This document shows, piece by piece, positions 1 through 9,148 of a stretch of 64,000 nt of DNA. Both the position numbers and the translations under genes were made by a program. The notes below the pieces were generated by a model, which was not told where the DNA came from, did not search any database, and worked only from the letters and a program-made list of their open reading frames with translations. This DNA comes from an uncultured bacterium. Its GTDB lineage: Bacteria > Cyanobacteriota > Cyanobacteriia > Cyanobacteriales > JAABRE01. Position 1 is the stretch's first letter. Every line of letters begins with the position of its first letter. The stretch covers positions 2,520 to 66,519 of the forward strand of contig CAYPSO010000004.1 of the NCBI GenBank assembly GCA_964413275.1, written 5' to 3'.

Positions 1-518
1 GGAATTTACAAATGTTACAACGTCCTTTATCGGCAGTAATTCCCGTTGCGGAAATGGAAGCAGTTTTAGATAGTTTTCCCGAATTTTATACTCAGTATTA
101 TCATCAGAAAATGCTTCATAAGTTAGGGTTTGAACGCTTAGAATTTTTGGCAACTGAAGAATTAGTCGATTTGACTTTACAATTATTATTTTTAACTAAA
201 GTTAATTATCATCAGTTTTTCGCCCAACTCAGGCAAAAATTTTCTTGGCAATGGCGTGAGGATGTTAATTTTATTTTGCAGGATTTAGAATTTTTAGTAT
301 CTAGGGAAGAAATTCCTATTTTAAAGCGTTGGTGCTGGTGTTATCATCAATTATTATTAGAGCGATCGCTCAAGGAATTAAAAGATATTGGTCAGTGCCT
401 TCAAGAAACTAACCCTAAATTAGTATTACTTAAATCAGAAATAGAGTCTGTTTGGAATTCAATTTCTGAAGCAGATAATTGGCAGCCATTTTTTACATTA
501 TTAGAACAACTTAATTAA
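1..518 (+). CDS. C-terminal part of a SelO/YdiU (UPF0061)-family protein; 5' end lies outside the window
   Basis: The frame is open from the window edge (no stop before the ATG at 12). The C-terminal pattern ETNPKLVLLKSEIE...WQPFFTLLEQL resembles the NPK(Y/F)VLRN...PF tail of SelO proteins. Recognised by eye only. Confidence 0.45.
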   Translation, partial: NLQMLQRPLSAVIPVAEMEAVLDSFPEFYTQYYHQKMLHKLGFERLEFLATEELVDLTLQLLFLTKVNYHQFFAQLRQKFSWQWREDVNFILQDLEFLVSREEIPILKRWCWCYHQLLLERSLKELKDIGQCLQETNPKLVLLKSEIESVWNSISEADNWQPFFTLLEQLN

Positions 519-543
519 ATGTAATATAGTAAAAAAAGAGTGA

Positions 544-737
544 ATGAAAGTCAAAGATGTTTTAAAGAAATTAGACCAAGATGGCTGGTATCAAATTAGA
601 ATGCGTGGTAGTCATAGGATATTGGCACATGATACTAAATCGGGAATAGTGTTGTACCGGGAAAATTAAGTTCAGATATACCTAAAGGAACATTATCAGC
701 AATTTTCAAACAAGCGCAAATAGGAGATGAAAAATGA
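544..737 (+). pseudogene. hicA: hicA-type toxin (mRNA interferase) disrupted by a 1-nt frameshift
   Basis: Frame 1 (544-669) gives MKVKDVLKKLDQDGWYQIRMRGSHRILAHDTKSGIVLYREN*. Shifting one base at about 652-656 continues as VPGKLSSDIPKGTLSAIFKQAQIGDEK*, ending at 737 and overlapping the hicB ATG (ATGA). Together these are a full-length HicA (GSH motif plus C-terminal GTL..I.KQA). Confidence 0.7.
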
Positions 738-949
738 AAGAATATGTAGTTATTTATGAAAAAGGTGAAACAAATTGGGGAGCAGTTTTTCCTGACTTAC
801 CCGGTTGTGTTAGTATTGGTGACACTTTAGAAGAAGTGCAAAGCAACATTAAAGAAGCAATTGAACTTTATCTAGAAGTATTAACAGAAAGAGGAGAAAA
901 AATACCAGAATTAACTACTCAAATTGGCACAGTACAAATAGTTGCTTAA
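734..949 (+). CDS. hicB: HicB-family antitoxin (UPF0150)
   Basis: 71 aa with the N-terminal YVVIYEKGETNWGAVFPDLPGCVSIGDTLEE signature typical of HicB. It lies immediately downstream of hicA with a 4-nt overlap. Confidence 0.8.
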   Translation: MKEYVVIYEKGETNWGAVFPDLPGCVSIGDTLEEVQSNIKEAIELYLEVLTERGEKIPELTTQIGTVQIVA

Positions 950-1089
950 TATCTTTTTGTCTCTTCTCGGTTAAGTATTTTTGGGTTCATCTCAAATTTG
1001 CAGAAAGAGTGAGAAAATAATAAAAAGAAGATAGAATTAAGTGATAGGCAAAAAGATAAATTGGAAGAAAACATAAAAGCCATAAGCTG

Positions 1090-1791
1090 TCACGCATTTA
1101 AATTAGTGGTTGCTTGAATAATTAAATAACATTCTTCTACTGTTTTTCTATTTTTCATGGCTTCAACTAAATCTTGATAGGCTTGTTTATTTCTTTCTAT
1201 GATATTTTTTGCTTGTAATTTAGCCCAATTTTCTTTTTGTTGATAAACTGATGAATCTAGTCCAAAAACCAAGAAAAGTTCTCTCAACTTAATGCGGTCA
1301 TCTTCGCCACCTAATGCTTTATTATAAATTAATTTTTCTGCTTCAATCCCTGCCATTAAAACAGTTGATAAACGTTCGGTAATTAATGGAATATTATTTT
1401 TTTCTGGTAAGTTATTTGTTTCAAAAATTACTCCTCCATTACCTATTTTTCCCTCTTTTAAACTTTCCCATGCAGTTAAAGTATAATCTGTGATGGGAAT
1501 ACCTAAGAAATAAGCTACTAAAAAATGTCCTGCTTCATGATAAATAACTCTTTCTTTTTCTTTAGTAGAAGCAAATAGATCTAAAACCAAGTTTATTCCT
1601 TTATTTTGTAAACTTAAAGTATCAATAGTAATTAATCCTAAAATAGTAAAAGTTATACCGGCAGGAACAAAAGGAGAAATATTTAATAAAGGACTAACTA
1701 AACTAGAAAGAGTCATAGTAAAAATTGCGATCGCAATTAAATTTAAACCAGTTTCTGACATATTTTTTTTAAATTTATAAATTGCCAACAA
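1090..1791 (-). CDS. Membrane protein with an FtsH-like (M41-type) HEAGH zinc-binding motif and no AAA+ module
   Basis: Hydrophobic N-terminal segments are followed by VIYHEAGHFLVAYFLG (HEXXH). This resembles the HEVGHAIVG motif of the true FtsH at 46187-48073. There is no Walker A/B. Confidence 0.5.
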   Translation of the reverse strand: MLAIYKFKKNMSETGLNLIAIAIFTMTLSSLVSPLLNISPFVPAGITFTILGLITIDTLSLQNKGINLVLDLFASTKEKERVIYHEAGHFLVAYFLGIPITDYTLTAWESLKEGKIGNGGVIFETNNLPEKNNIPLITERLSTVLMAGIEAEKLIYNKALGGEDDRIKLRELFLVFGLDSSVYQQKENWAKLQAKNIIERNKQAYQDLVEAMKNRKTVEECYLIIQATTNLNA

Positions 1792-1865
1792 TTAAATAAA
1801 GCGTAGGGTGGGCAATTTCAAAATTCATAGCTTTTAGCCGTTAGCTCTCTTGGTTGATTGGGTAT

Positions 1866-2010
1866 GCTGAGGAGACCTCAGCACCCCTCAACCGCTTTTA
1901 GCTTTTAGCTTGAGAATCCCCCCAGACCCCCCTTGGCAAGGGGGGTCTGGGGGGATGGGAGATTGTACTCACCGTTAAACAATTCCGTTAAAATCATAGA
2001 TTTTTAACGG
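1866..2010. repeat. Cluster of three perfect hairpins in one intergenic region
   Basis: 1866-1882: gctgagg-aga-cctcagc. 1918-1954: ccccccagacccccc-ttggcaa-ggggggtctgggggg (15-bp perfect stem). 1985-2010: ccgttaaaa-tcatagat-ttttaacgg. Flanked by a half copy of the GTAGGGTGGGCAA element (about 1803-1816) and short ttagc heptamers. Confidence 0.7.
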
Positions 2011-2099
2011 GGGTCTTAAACCCAGAGCTAATAGCCAATAGCTTTCTAGATAATATAATCAAGAAATTGCTCACCTTACAAAACTTTACTTTTCAAATC

Positions 2100-3224
2100 T
2101 TATTTACCGAAACCTTTACCTCGACTTTTAGACGGTAAACCAACACATTTTTCTAGTTGTGATAATAGTTTTTCGTGGTCTAAGTTTTGCCCAATTAATA
2201 CTAATTGAGTTTTCTTAGTTTTGCCATTCCATTCTTCATCTTCGATGGTAAAACGTTTACCACTTAGATGGAAAATATGACGATTGGGACTTTCATGAAA
2301 CCACATAATTCCTTTAGCTCGAAATACATTTTCTGGTAATTGATTATCGAGAAAATATTGGAATTTGCGAATAGATAAAGGCTTATCGCATTGAAAAGAA
2401 ACTGAAGTAAAACCATCATTTTCTAAATGATCCGAGTGATGGTGGTGGTGGTGGTCATGATCGTGATGATGATGGTGGTGATGGTGAGATTCATCAGTAC
2501 AATTTGAATCGTGACAATCATCATTATGGGTGGCATGGGCATCCTGCTCGTGAGTGTCATCAAAATATTTATCAGACTCAAAATAGCCAACACTAAGAAT
2601 TAGAGGCAAAGGTACTTGAGACTTAGCAGTACGCAAAACTCTCGCACCATTTTTAATATCTCTAATTCTAATTTCCAAAGAATCTACATCTGCTTCGTCA
2701 ACTAGATCGGTTTTATTCAGAACAATTATATCTCCATAAGCTATCTGACTATAGGCTGCTTCGCTGTTAAATAAATCTAAGCTAAAATTAGCGCAGTCAA
2801 CCATAGTAACAATGGAATCAAGACGAGTCATATCTCGTAACTCAGTGCCTAAAAAAGTTAGAGCCACAGGCAAAGGATCGGCTAAACCGGTGGTTTCGAC
2901 GACTAAATAATCAACCTTATCTTCCCTTTCTAACACCTTATAAACTGCATTTACTAAATCTTCATTGATGGTGCAGCAAATACAGCCGTTATTTAGTTCT
3001 ACCATAGAGTCATCGGTACTGATAATAAGTTCATTATCAATGCCAATTTCACCAAACTCATTGACTAACACCGCAGTTTTTAAACCCTGTTGATTGGTCA
3101 AAATATGATTGAGTAGAGTAGTTTTACCACTGCCAAGGAAACCAGTAATAATAGTAACAGGTAAGCCATGTTTGGCAGTATCCATTGCTTCAGTATCTGT
3201 AATTTGAGTTTGTGTTGTTGTCAT
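2100..3224 (-). CDS. COG0523 (CobW/HypB/UreG-class) G3E GTPase with a His-rich insert; putative zinc metallochaperone
   Basis: P-loop GFLGSGKTTLLNHIL, CXCC motif GCICCT, NKTD, and the histidine tract HHHHHHHHDHDHHHHHH before the C-terminal CobW_C-like domain. Confidence 0.85.
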   Translation of the reverse strand: MTTTQTQITDTEAMDTAKHGLPVTIITGFLGSGKTTLLNHILTNQQGLKTAVLVNEFGEIGIDNELIISTDDSMVELNNGCICCTINEDLVNAVYKVLEREDKVDYLVVETTGLADPLPVALTFLGTELRDMTRLDSIVTMVDCANFSLDLFNSEAAYSQIAYGDIIVLNKTDLVDEADVDSLEIRIRDIKNGARVLRTAKSQVPLPLILSVGYFESDKYFDDTHEQDAHATHNDDCHDSNCTDESHHHHHHHHDHDHHHHHHSDHLENDGFTSVSFQCDKPLSIRKFQYFLDNQLPENVFRAKGIMWFHESPNRHIFHLSGKRFTIEDEEWNGKTKKTQLVLIGQNLDHEKLLSQLEKCVGLPSKSRGKGFGK

Positions 3225-3302
3225 AGAAAATTTTAAATAAACTCCTTCTTAATTTATTATTGCTTATTGTTTGTGTGAAATGTTGTTCTTGTAACTAAGA
3301 AA

Positions 3303-3323
3303 GCTAATCGCTAATCGCTAATT
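3303..3323. repeat. Heptanucleotide tandem repeat (STRR-like), 3 units of GCTAATC/GCTAATT
   Basis: Direct reading: gctaatc gctaatc gctaatt, just upstream of the cysS start. Confidence 0.8.
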
Positions 3324-3331
3324 ATTAAAAT

Positions 3332-4783
3332 ATGATGAATTTGACTGTTTATAATACCCTTACCCGTCAAAAAGAAACTTTTTCTCCCTTAGAAGACAAA
3401 AAAGTACGGATGTACTGCTGTGGTATCACCGTTTATGATTATTGTCATTTAGGCCATGCTAGAACTTGTTTAGTTTGGGATATAGTACGTTCTTATTTAG
3501 AATGGCGAGGTTATGAAGTTCAATATATTCAAAATTTTACTGATATTGACGATAAAATTTTAAATCGCGCTCGTCAAGAAGGAACATCTATGGAATCGGT
3601 TTCCGAACGTTTTATCGCTGCTTATTTTGAAGATATGGAACGTTTAGGAGTCAGAAAAGCAGACGCTTATCCCCGTGCTACCCATAGCTTAGATGGTATT
3701 AAAAGATTAGTTTATGAACTAGAACAAAAGGGCTACGCTTATCCGTCTGAAGGGGATGTTTATTATTCAGTACGCAAGTTTGAAGGTTATGGTAAACTTT
3801 CGGGGCGTAAATTAGAGGATTTACAAGCAGGAGCAAGCGGTAGGGTTGAAATTGCAGATACTGAAGCAGTTAAGAAAAAAGATCCCTTTGATTTTGCTCT
3901 GTGGAAAGCATCTAAACCCGGTGAGCCTTCTTGGGAATCAAACTGGGGGGCAGGGCGGCCAGGTTGGCATATAGAATGTTCTGCTATGGTTAGAGATAGA
4001 TTGGGAGAAACTATAGATATTCATGTGGGTGGTAGCGATTTAATTTTTCCTCACCATGAAAATGAAATTGCCCAATCAGAAGCAGTTACGGGGAAACCCT
4101 TGGCTAGATATTGGTTGCATAATGGCATGGTTAAGGTAGATGGGGATAAAATGTCCAAATCCTTGGGAAATTTCACCACAATTCGGGATTTATTAGACAA
4201 ATTTGACCCTATGGCCGTGAGGCTATTTATTTTACAAGCCCATTATCGTAAACCCGTTGATTTTACCGATGAAGCCTTACAAGCTGCTACCAATGGCTGG
4301 CATACTCTCAAACAGGGTTTATTATTTAAACAAGAATATGGAGAAAAATTAGGTTGGGATAATTCTTCTGTAAATATTGATGAGAAGTTAGCTTTAGATT
4401 TTCAAAAAACAGTAGATGATGACTTTAATTTTACGGGTGGTTTAGCGGTTTTATTTGAAATAGCTAAAAATTTAATTAAAGAAGGTAATATTCTAGTACA
4501 TCAAGGGAAAACAGAAACTTCTACTGATGAATTAGAAAAACAATGGCATACTTTAGTACAATTATCAGCAGTATTTGGCTTTAAAGCAGAAATTGAAAGT
4601 AAGTTTGATAATGAAAATAATGGGTTAACAGATGCACAAATTGAAGCCTTAATTACCGCAAGAACTACAGCTAAAAAAGCTAAAAATTTTGCTGAAGCAG
4701 ATCGTATTCGCAATCAATTAAAAGCCGAAGGGATTAATTTAATCGATCAACCCGGAGGTATGACTACATGGCATCGAAATTAA
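3332..4783 (+). CDS. cysS: Cysteine--tRNA ligase
   Basis: Class I signatures HLGHAR (HIGH) and KMSKSLGN (KMSKS). Zinc-site residues are present (CGITVYDYCH, ECSAM, HHENE). Start could be 3332 or 3335. Confidence 0.95.
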   Translation: MMNLTVYNTLTRQKETFSPLEDKKVRMYCCGITVYDYCHLGHARTCLVWDIVRSYLEWRGYEVQYIQNFTDIDDKILNRARQEGTSMESVSERFIAAYFEDMERLGVRKADAYPRATHSLDGIKRLVYELEQKGYAYPSEGDVYYSVRKFEGYGKLSGRKLEDLQAGASGRVEIADTEAVKKKDPFDFALWKASKPGEPSWESNWGAGRPGWHIECSAMVRDRLGETIDIHVGGSDLIFPHHENEIAQSEAVTGKPLARYWLHNGMVKVDGDKMSKSLGNFTTIRDLLDKFDPMAVRLFILQAHYRKPVDFTDEALQAATNGWHTLKQGLLFKQEYGEKLGWDNSSVNIDEKLALDFQKTVDDDFNFTGGLAVLFEIAKNLIKEGNILVHQGKTETSTDELEKQWHTLVQLSAVFGFKAEIESKFDNENNGLTDAQIEALITARTTAKKAKNFAEADRIRNQLKAEGINLIDQPGGMTTWHRN

Positions 4784-4807
4784 ATATTTTCAACAGATGC
4801 AAGCAAA

Positions 4808-7800
4808 ATGAATAACTTGAATATTCGACAAATACTCCAAAAAAATATTCCCCTAATTATCTTAACTTTATTCGGATTTTTAGGGAATTTCTGGCATATC
4901 CCGATGTTTTTCGGGATTGATTTTCTTTTGGGTAGTATATTTGTCTTATTAATTGTTTATTATTATGGTTTTATTCCAGGTGTAATTGCTAGTATTATTG
5001 CTGCTAGTTATACTTATCAACTTTGGGGACATCCCTATGCAATTATTATTTTTACTTTAGAAACTGTATTTGTCGGTTGGCAATTACGTCGTGGTCAAGA
5101 TAATATTGTATTTTTATCAGCAATTTATTGGTTAATAATAGGTATTCCTTTAATATTATTATTTTATGGTTTAATTTTATCAGTACCTTGGTATGGTACT
5201 ATTTTAATAGTTTTTAAACAATCTGTTAATGGGATATTTAATGGTTTAGTCGCTAATTTAATTATAAATTATTTACCTTTAGATAAGATATTAGGTTACA
5301 AAAGTAATATTAAGCAACTATCTCTACAACAAACAATTTCTAATCTATTAATATCTTTTGTATTTTTGCCAGTTTTAATTATTACTATTTTAAACGGTCA
5401 ACAAATTATTAAAACCATTGAAAATCAGATAACTATTGAGTTAAATTCCGTTACTCAACCCATAGTAGCAAATACCAATTTTTGGTATGAACAACATTTT
5501 TATTCTGTAAGACAATTATCCCAAGTTGCCGCGCAAGCTGATGATATTTCGGTTTTACAAAATAATATAACTTTACTCAAAAACTCTTTACCTGATTTTC
5601 TACAAATGTGTGTTACTGATGTGGATGGTAACATAATTGCTGCTGAACCTAATCTTAAAGAAAAAGGGCAAACAATAATTGGTACTAATATCAGTAATAA
5701 ACTTGAATTTAAGCAAACTAAAGCTACTTTAACAGCTATTGCTACTGATGTTCATGTTGATGATAATTATCCTTTACCCCATGTAGGAATTATGCTTCCT
5801 ATTTTGGTTAATAATCAATTTCAAGGTATTGCCTATGGTTCTTTAAATATAGAACAAATCAAGAAAGTGTTAACTGAAAGTGTTAGAGAAGAATCATTAA
5901 AAATAACATTAATAGATAGAAATAATAAAATTATTACTACCACAGGCACAACTCTTAATAATATGGACGAATTTAAACCAAAACAAAATCGAGAAATTCG
6001 TCCTCTTAATTCTAATATATATCAATCTTTACCTAAAGCAAATGGCACACCTATTATGGTGCGTTGGCATGAATCATTTTATGTTAAAGAGATTGGATTT
6101 TCCTCAACTATTCCTTGGAAAATAATAGTAGAAATTCCGACCAATAGCTATATAGATTATATTCAAGAATTATATGTTAAAAGTTTAGCCTTAATGTTAT
6201 TAATTACGGTATTAGCATTATTTATCGCAATTATTTTAAGCAAAAAATTAGTAAAACCTTTATTAATTTTAACCAATTTGACTAATAATTTACCAGCAAA
6301 ATTAGCAGAAGATAATACTAGCATAGAATTACCTGATAGTACCATTCAAGAAATTGCGACATTAAGTTATAATTTTAAATTAATGGTAGAAGTTTTTAAA
6401 CAACAATTTCACGAAATTAAACAAGTTAATAACAACTTAGAAGATAACATTAATGAAAGAACTAACGCATTATTAAAATTAAATAATGAATTAAGGGTTG
6501 AAATTACAGAAAGAGAATATATTCAGAAACAATTAATAGAAAAAGAAGAAAGATATGATTTAGCAGTTTCTGGCACTAATGATGGAATCTGGGATTGGCA
6601 TTTAAAACTTAATACTGTTTATTATTCTCCTACTTGGATGAGAATTTTAGGTTATAAATATCAATCTTTACCTACTCTAATTTCTAGTTGGTTAAATAAT
6701 ATACATCCTGATGATTTAGAAAAAACACTTACAGATATTAACAATCATATTAAACGAAAAACACAATTGTACGAAAATATTCATCGTGTTAAACATCGAA
6801 ATGGCCATTATATTTGGATTTCTGCTAAAGGAAAATGTATTTACGATGAAGAAGATAAACCCTATCGTTTAGTGGGAACAATTACTGATATTACTGATAA
6901 AAAAATAGCTGAAGAACAACTTAAAAAAGCAAAAGAAGAAGCAGAAACAGCTAATCGTAGTAAAAGTGAATTTTTAGCAACTATGAGTCATGAAATTCGC
7001 ACTCCGATGAATGCAGTTATTGGTATGACGGGGTTACTTTTAGATACACATTTAGATAAACAACAACGAGAGTTTGTCGAAATTATTCGGAATAGTGGCG
7101 ATGCTTTACTGACCATTATTAACGATATTCTTGATTTTTCTAAAATTGAATCTGGCAAATTAGAACTAGAAGAACAACCTTTTAATCTTCGTACTTGTAT
7201 TGAAGAATCTTTAGATTTACTAGCGTCAAAAGCTAGTAGTAAAAACCTTGAATTAGCTTATTTCATGACTCCCAATACTCCAGAAATAGTTATGGGAGAT
7301 GTGACCAGGTTAAGACAAATTTTGGTTAATTTAATTAGTAATGCTGTTAAATTTACCGAAACCGGTGAAGTAGTAATTTCCGTTGACTCAACCATAATTA
7401 ATGATCGGAAAAATAATTTAACAACTTGTTCAATTCAATTTTCTGTGCGTGATACGGGTATTGGTATTCCTCCTCAACGTATGGATAGATTATTTAAACC
7501 CTTTAGTCAAGTTGATGCTTCGACAACTCGTAATTATGGTGGTACTGGTTTAGGTTTAGTTATTAGTCATAGATTAACCACAATGATGGGTGGTCAAATG
7601 TGGGTAGAAAGTGGCGGTTTTTATGGTGGTAATCCACCGGAAAAATGGAATTGTCAACGTTCAAAAGTTGGTTGTACTTTCTTTTTTAATATTATTAGTA
7701 GTCCTGTGTATTCTTCTTGTTTAGTAAATCAGTTTGAATCTAATAATGTATTAGAAGATAAACAAGTATTAATTGTTGATGATAATCAGACTAATCGTCA

Positions 7801-8986
7801 GGTTTTAATTATGCAAACCCAATCTTTTGGCATGATTCCTTTAGCAGTATCTTCTGCCCAAGAAGCTTTAAATATTTTAAAAACAAAAAATACTTTTGAC
7901 TTAGCTATTCTTGATATGCAAATGCCACAAATGGATGGACTCATGTTAGCTAGAGAAATTCGTAATGCTCCATCTGGAAAAAATTTACCTTTAGTTATGC
8001 TAACTTCCATTGGTAATAATGAAATATCTGTAAGAAATTCAGATATTCATTGGGCAGCTTATTTGAATAAACCAATTAAACAGTCTCACCTTCATAATAT
8101 TTTAGTTAATATTTTTACTAAACAACCGATTAATCTTAATAAATCTCAATTATATTCAACAATTTTTGACTCACAAATGGGACAAAACTTACCATTAAAA
8201 ATTTTGTTAGCTGAAGATAATGTTGTTAATCAAAAAGTTGCCATTAATATTTTAAAACGTCTCGGTTATCGTGCTGATGTGGTAGCTAATGGTTTAGAAG
8301 TTTTAGAAGCCATAGCTCGCCAATTTTATGATGTGATTTTGATGGATGTACAAATGCCAGAAATGGATGGTTTAACTGCAACTCGTCAGATTAGGGAAAG
8401 AGAAAAACAATTAAGCCAAAAATCTCCTGTAATTATTGCTATGACAGCTAATGCGATGCAAGGAGATAAAGAAATTTGTTTAGAAGCAGGCATGAATGAT
8501 TATATTAGTAAACCTATCCGCGTTCAAGAATTAATAAATGCTTTATATCAATATGAATCTCATTATAATAGAAACAAAGAAATTATCGAACACAAAGAAG
8601 AAATAATGACTGATTCTAATAGTATTAGCCCTGCTACTTTAGATCAAACAGCTTGGAATGAATTGCTAGAGATAGTATCTGATGGAGATAATGAATTATT
8701 AATTGAATTAATTGATTCCTATTTAGAAGATGCTCCTGAATTAATCAAATCTATTCAAGAAGGTATTGCTAAATCAGAAGCTAGTTTATTACAAAGAGCA
8801 GCCCATACTCTTAAATCCAGTAGTGCTTCTTTAGGTGCTGCTACTCTTTCTGAATTTTGTAAACAATTAGAATTGATGGGCAGTAATGGAGAGATTACCC
8901 AAGCTAAATTAATGGTAAATGATTTATTGCTTGAATATCAAAGAACAGAAAAGGCTTTACGCTTAGAAATCGAGAAACTAAATTAA
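4808..8986 (+). CDS. Hybrid sensor histidine kinase: polytopic N-terminus, periplasmic sensor region, HAMP/coiled coil, PAS, HisKA, HATPase, two receiver domains and Hpt
   Basis: H-box SHEIRTPMN (His728, nt 6989-6991). G-boxes DTGIGIP and GGTGLGL. Receivers with DMQMPQMDG (Asp1036, nt 7913-7915) and DVQMPEMDG (Asp1180, nt 8345-8347). Hpt motif AAHTLKSSSASLGA (His1333, nt 8804-8806). PAS segment DGIWDWHL...YYSPTWMRILGY. Confidence 0.9.
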   Translation: MNNLNIRQILQKNIPLIILTLFGFLGNFWHIPMFFGIDFLLGSIFVLLIVYYYGFIPGVIASIIAASYTYQLWGHPYAIIIFTLETVFVGWQLRRGQDNIVFLSAIYWLIIGIPLILLFYGLILSVPWYGTILIVFKQSVNGIFNGLVANLIINYLPLDKILGYKSNIKQLSLQQTISNLLISFVFLPVLIITILNGQQIIKTIENQITIELNSVTQPIVANTNFWYEQHFYSVRQLSQVAAQADDISVLQNNITLLKNSLPDFLQMCVTDVDGNIIAAEPNLKEKGQTIIGTNISNKLEFKQTKATLTAIATDVHVDDNYPLPHVGIMLPILVNNQFQGIAYGSLNIEQIKKVLTESVREESLKITLIDRNNKIITTTGTTLNNMDEFKPKQNREIRPLNSNIYQSLPKANGTPIMVRWHESFYVKEIGFSSTIPWKIIVEIPTNSYIDYIQELYVKSLALMLLITVLALFIAIILSKKLVKPLLILTNLTNNLPAKLAEDNTSIELPDSTIQEIATLSYNFKLMVEVFKQQFHEIKQVNNNLEDNINERTNALLKLNNELRVEITEREYIQKQLIEKEERYDLAVSGTNDGIWDWHLKLNTVYYSPTWMRILGYKYQSLPTLISSWLNNIHPDDLEKTLTDINNHIKRKTQLYENIHRVKHRNGHYIWISAKGKCIYDEEDKPYRLVGTITDITDKKIAEEQLKKAKEEAETANRSKSEFLATMSHEIRTPMNAVIGMTGLLLDTHLDKQQREFVEIIRNSGDALLTIINDILDFSKIESGKLELEEQPFNLRTCIEESLDLLASKASSKNLELAYFMTPNTPEIVMGDVTRLRQILVNLISNAVKFTETGEVVISVDSTIINDRKNNLTTCSIQFSVRDTGIGIPPQRMDRLFKPFSQVDASTTRNYGGTGLGLVISHRLTTMMGGQMWVESGGFYGGNPPEKWNCQRSKVGCTFFFNIISSPVYSSCLVNQFESNNVLEDKQVLIVDDNQTNRQVLIMQTQSFGMIPLAVSSAQEALNILKTKNTFDLAILDMQMPQMDGLMLAREIRNAPSGKNLPLVMLTSIGNNEISVRNSDIHWAAYLNKPIKQSHLHNILVNIFTKQPINLNKSQLYSTIFDSQMGQNLPLKILLAEDNVVNQKVAINILKRLGYRADVVANGLEVLEAIARQFYDVILMDVQMPEMDGLTATRQIREREKQLSQKSPVIIAMTANAMQGDKEICLEAGMNDYISKPIRVQELINALYQYESHYNRNKEIIEHKEEIMTDSNSISPATLDQTAWNELLEIVSDGDNELLIELIDSYLEDAPELIKSIQEGIAKSEASLLQRAAHTLKSSSASLGAATLSEFCKQLELMGSNGEITQAKLMVNDLLLEYQRTEKALRLEIEKLN

Positions 8987-9041
8987 TAGAGAAGACAGGA
9001 GACAGTTTTTTCATTAAACATTAGACGAATTGCAGAAGTCA

Positions 9042-9063
9042 GGCAATAGGCAATAGGCAATAG
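9042..9063. repeat. Heptanucleotide tandem repeat, 3 units of GGCAATA
   Basis: ggcaata ggcaata ggcaata g, read directly downstream of the kinase gene. Confidence 0.8.
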
Positions 9064-9148
9064 TTAGATAAATTCAGGTTTTCTGTATTAGAATTGATTT
9101 ACGAGTTACTTATGCAAGAGGTCTATTGAACATTGATAAATGACAACC

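Noticed and set aside
3225-3331. Zur (zinc uptake regulator) box between the COG0523 gene and cysS
   Set aside because: No AT-rich inverted repeat of the TGATAAT-N-ATTATCA type could be found by eye, so no regulatory feature is claimed.
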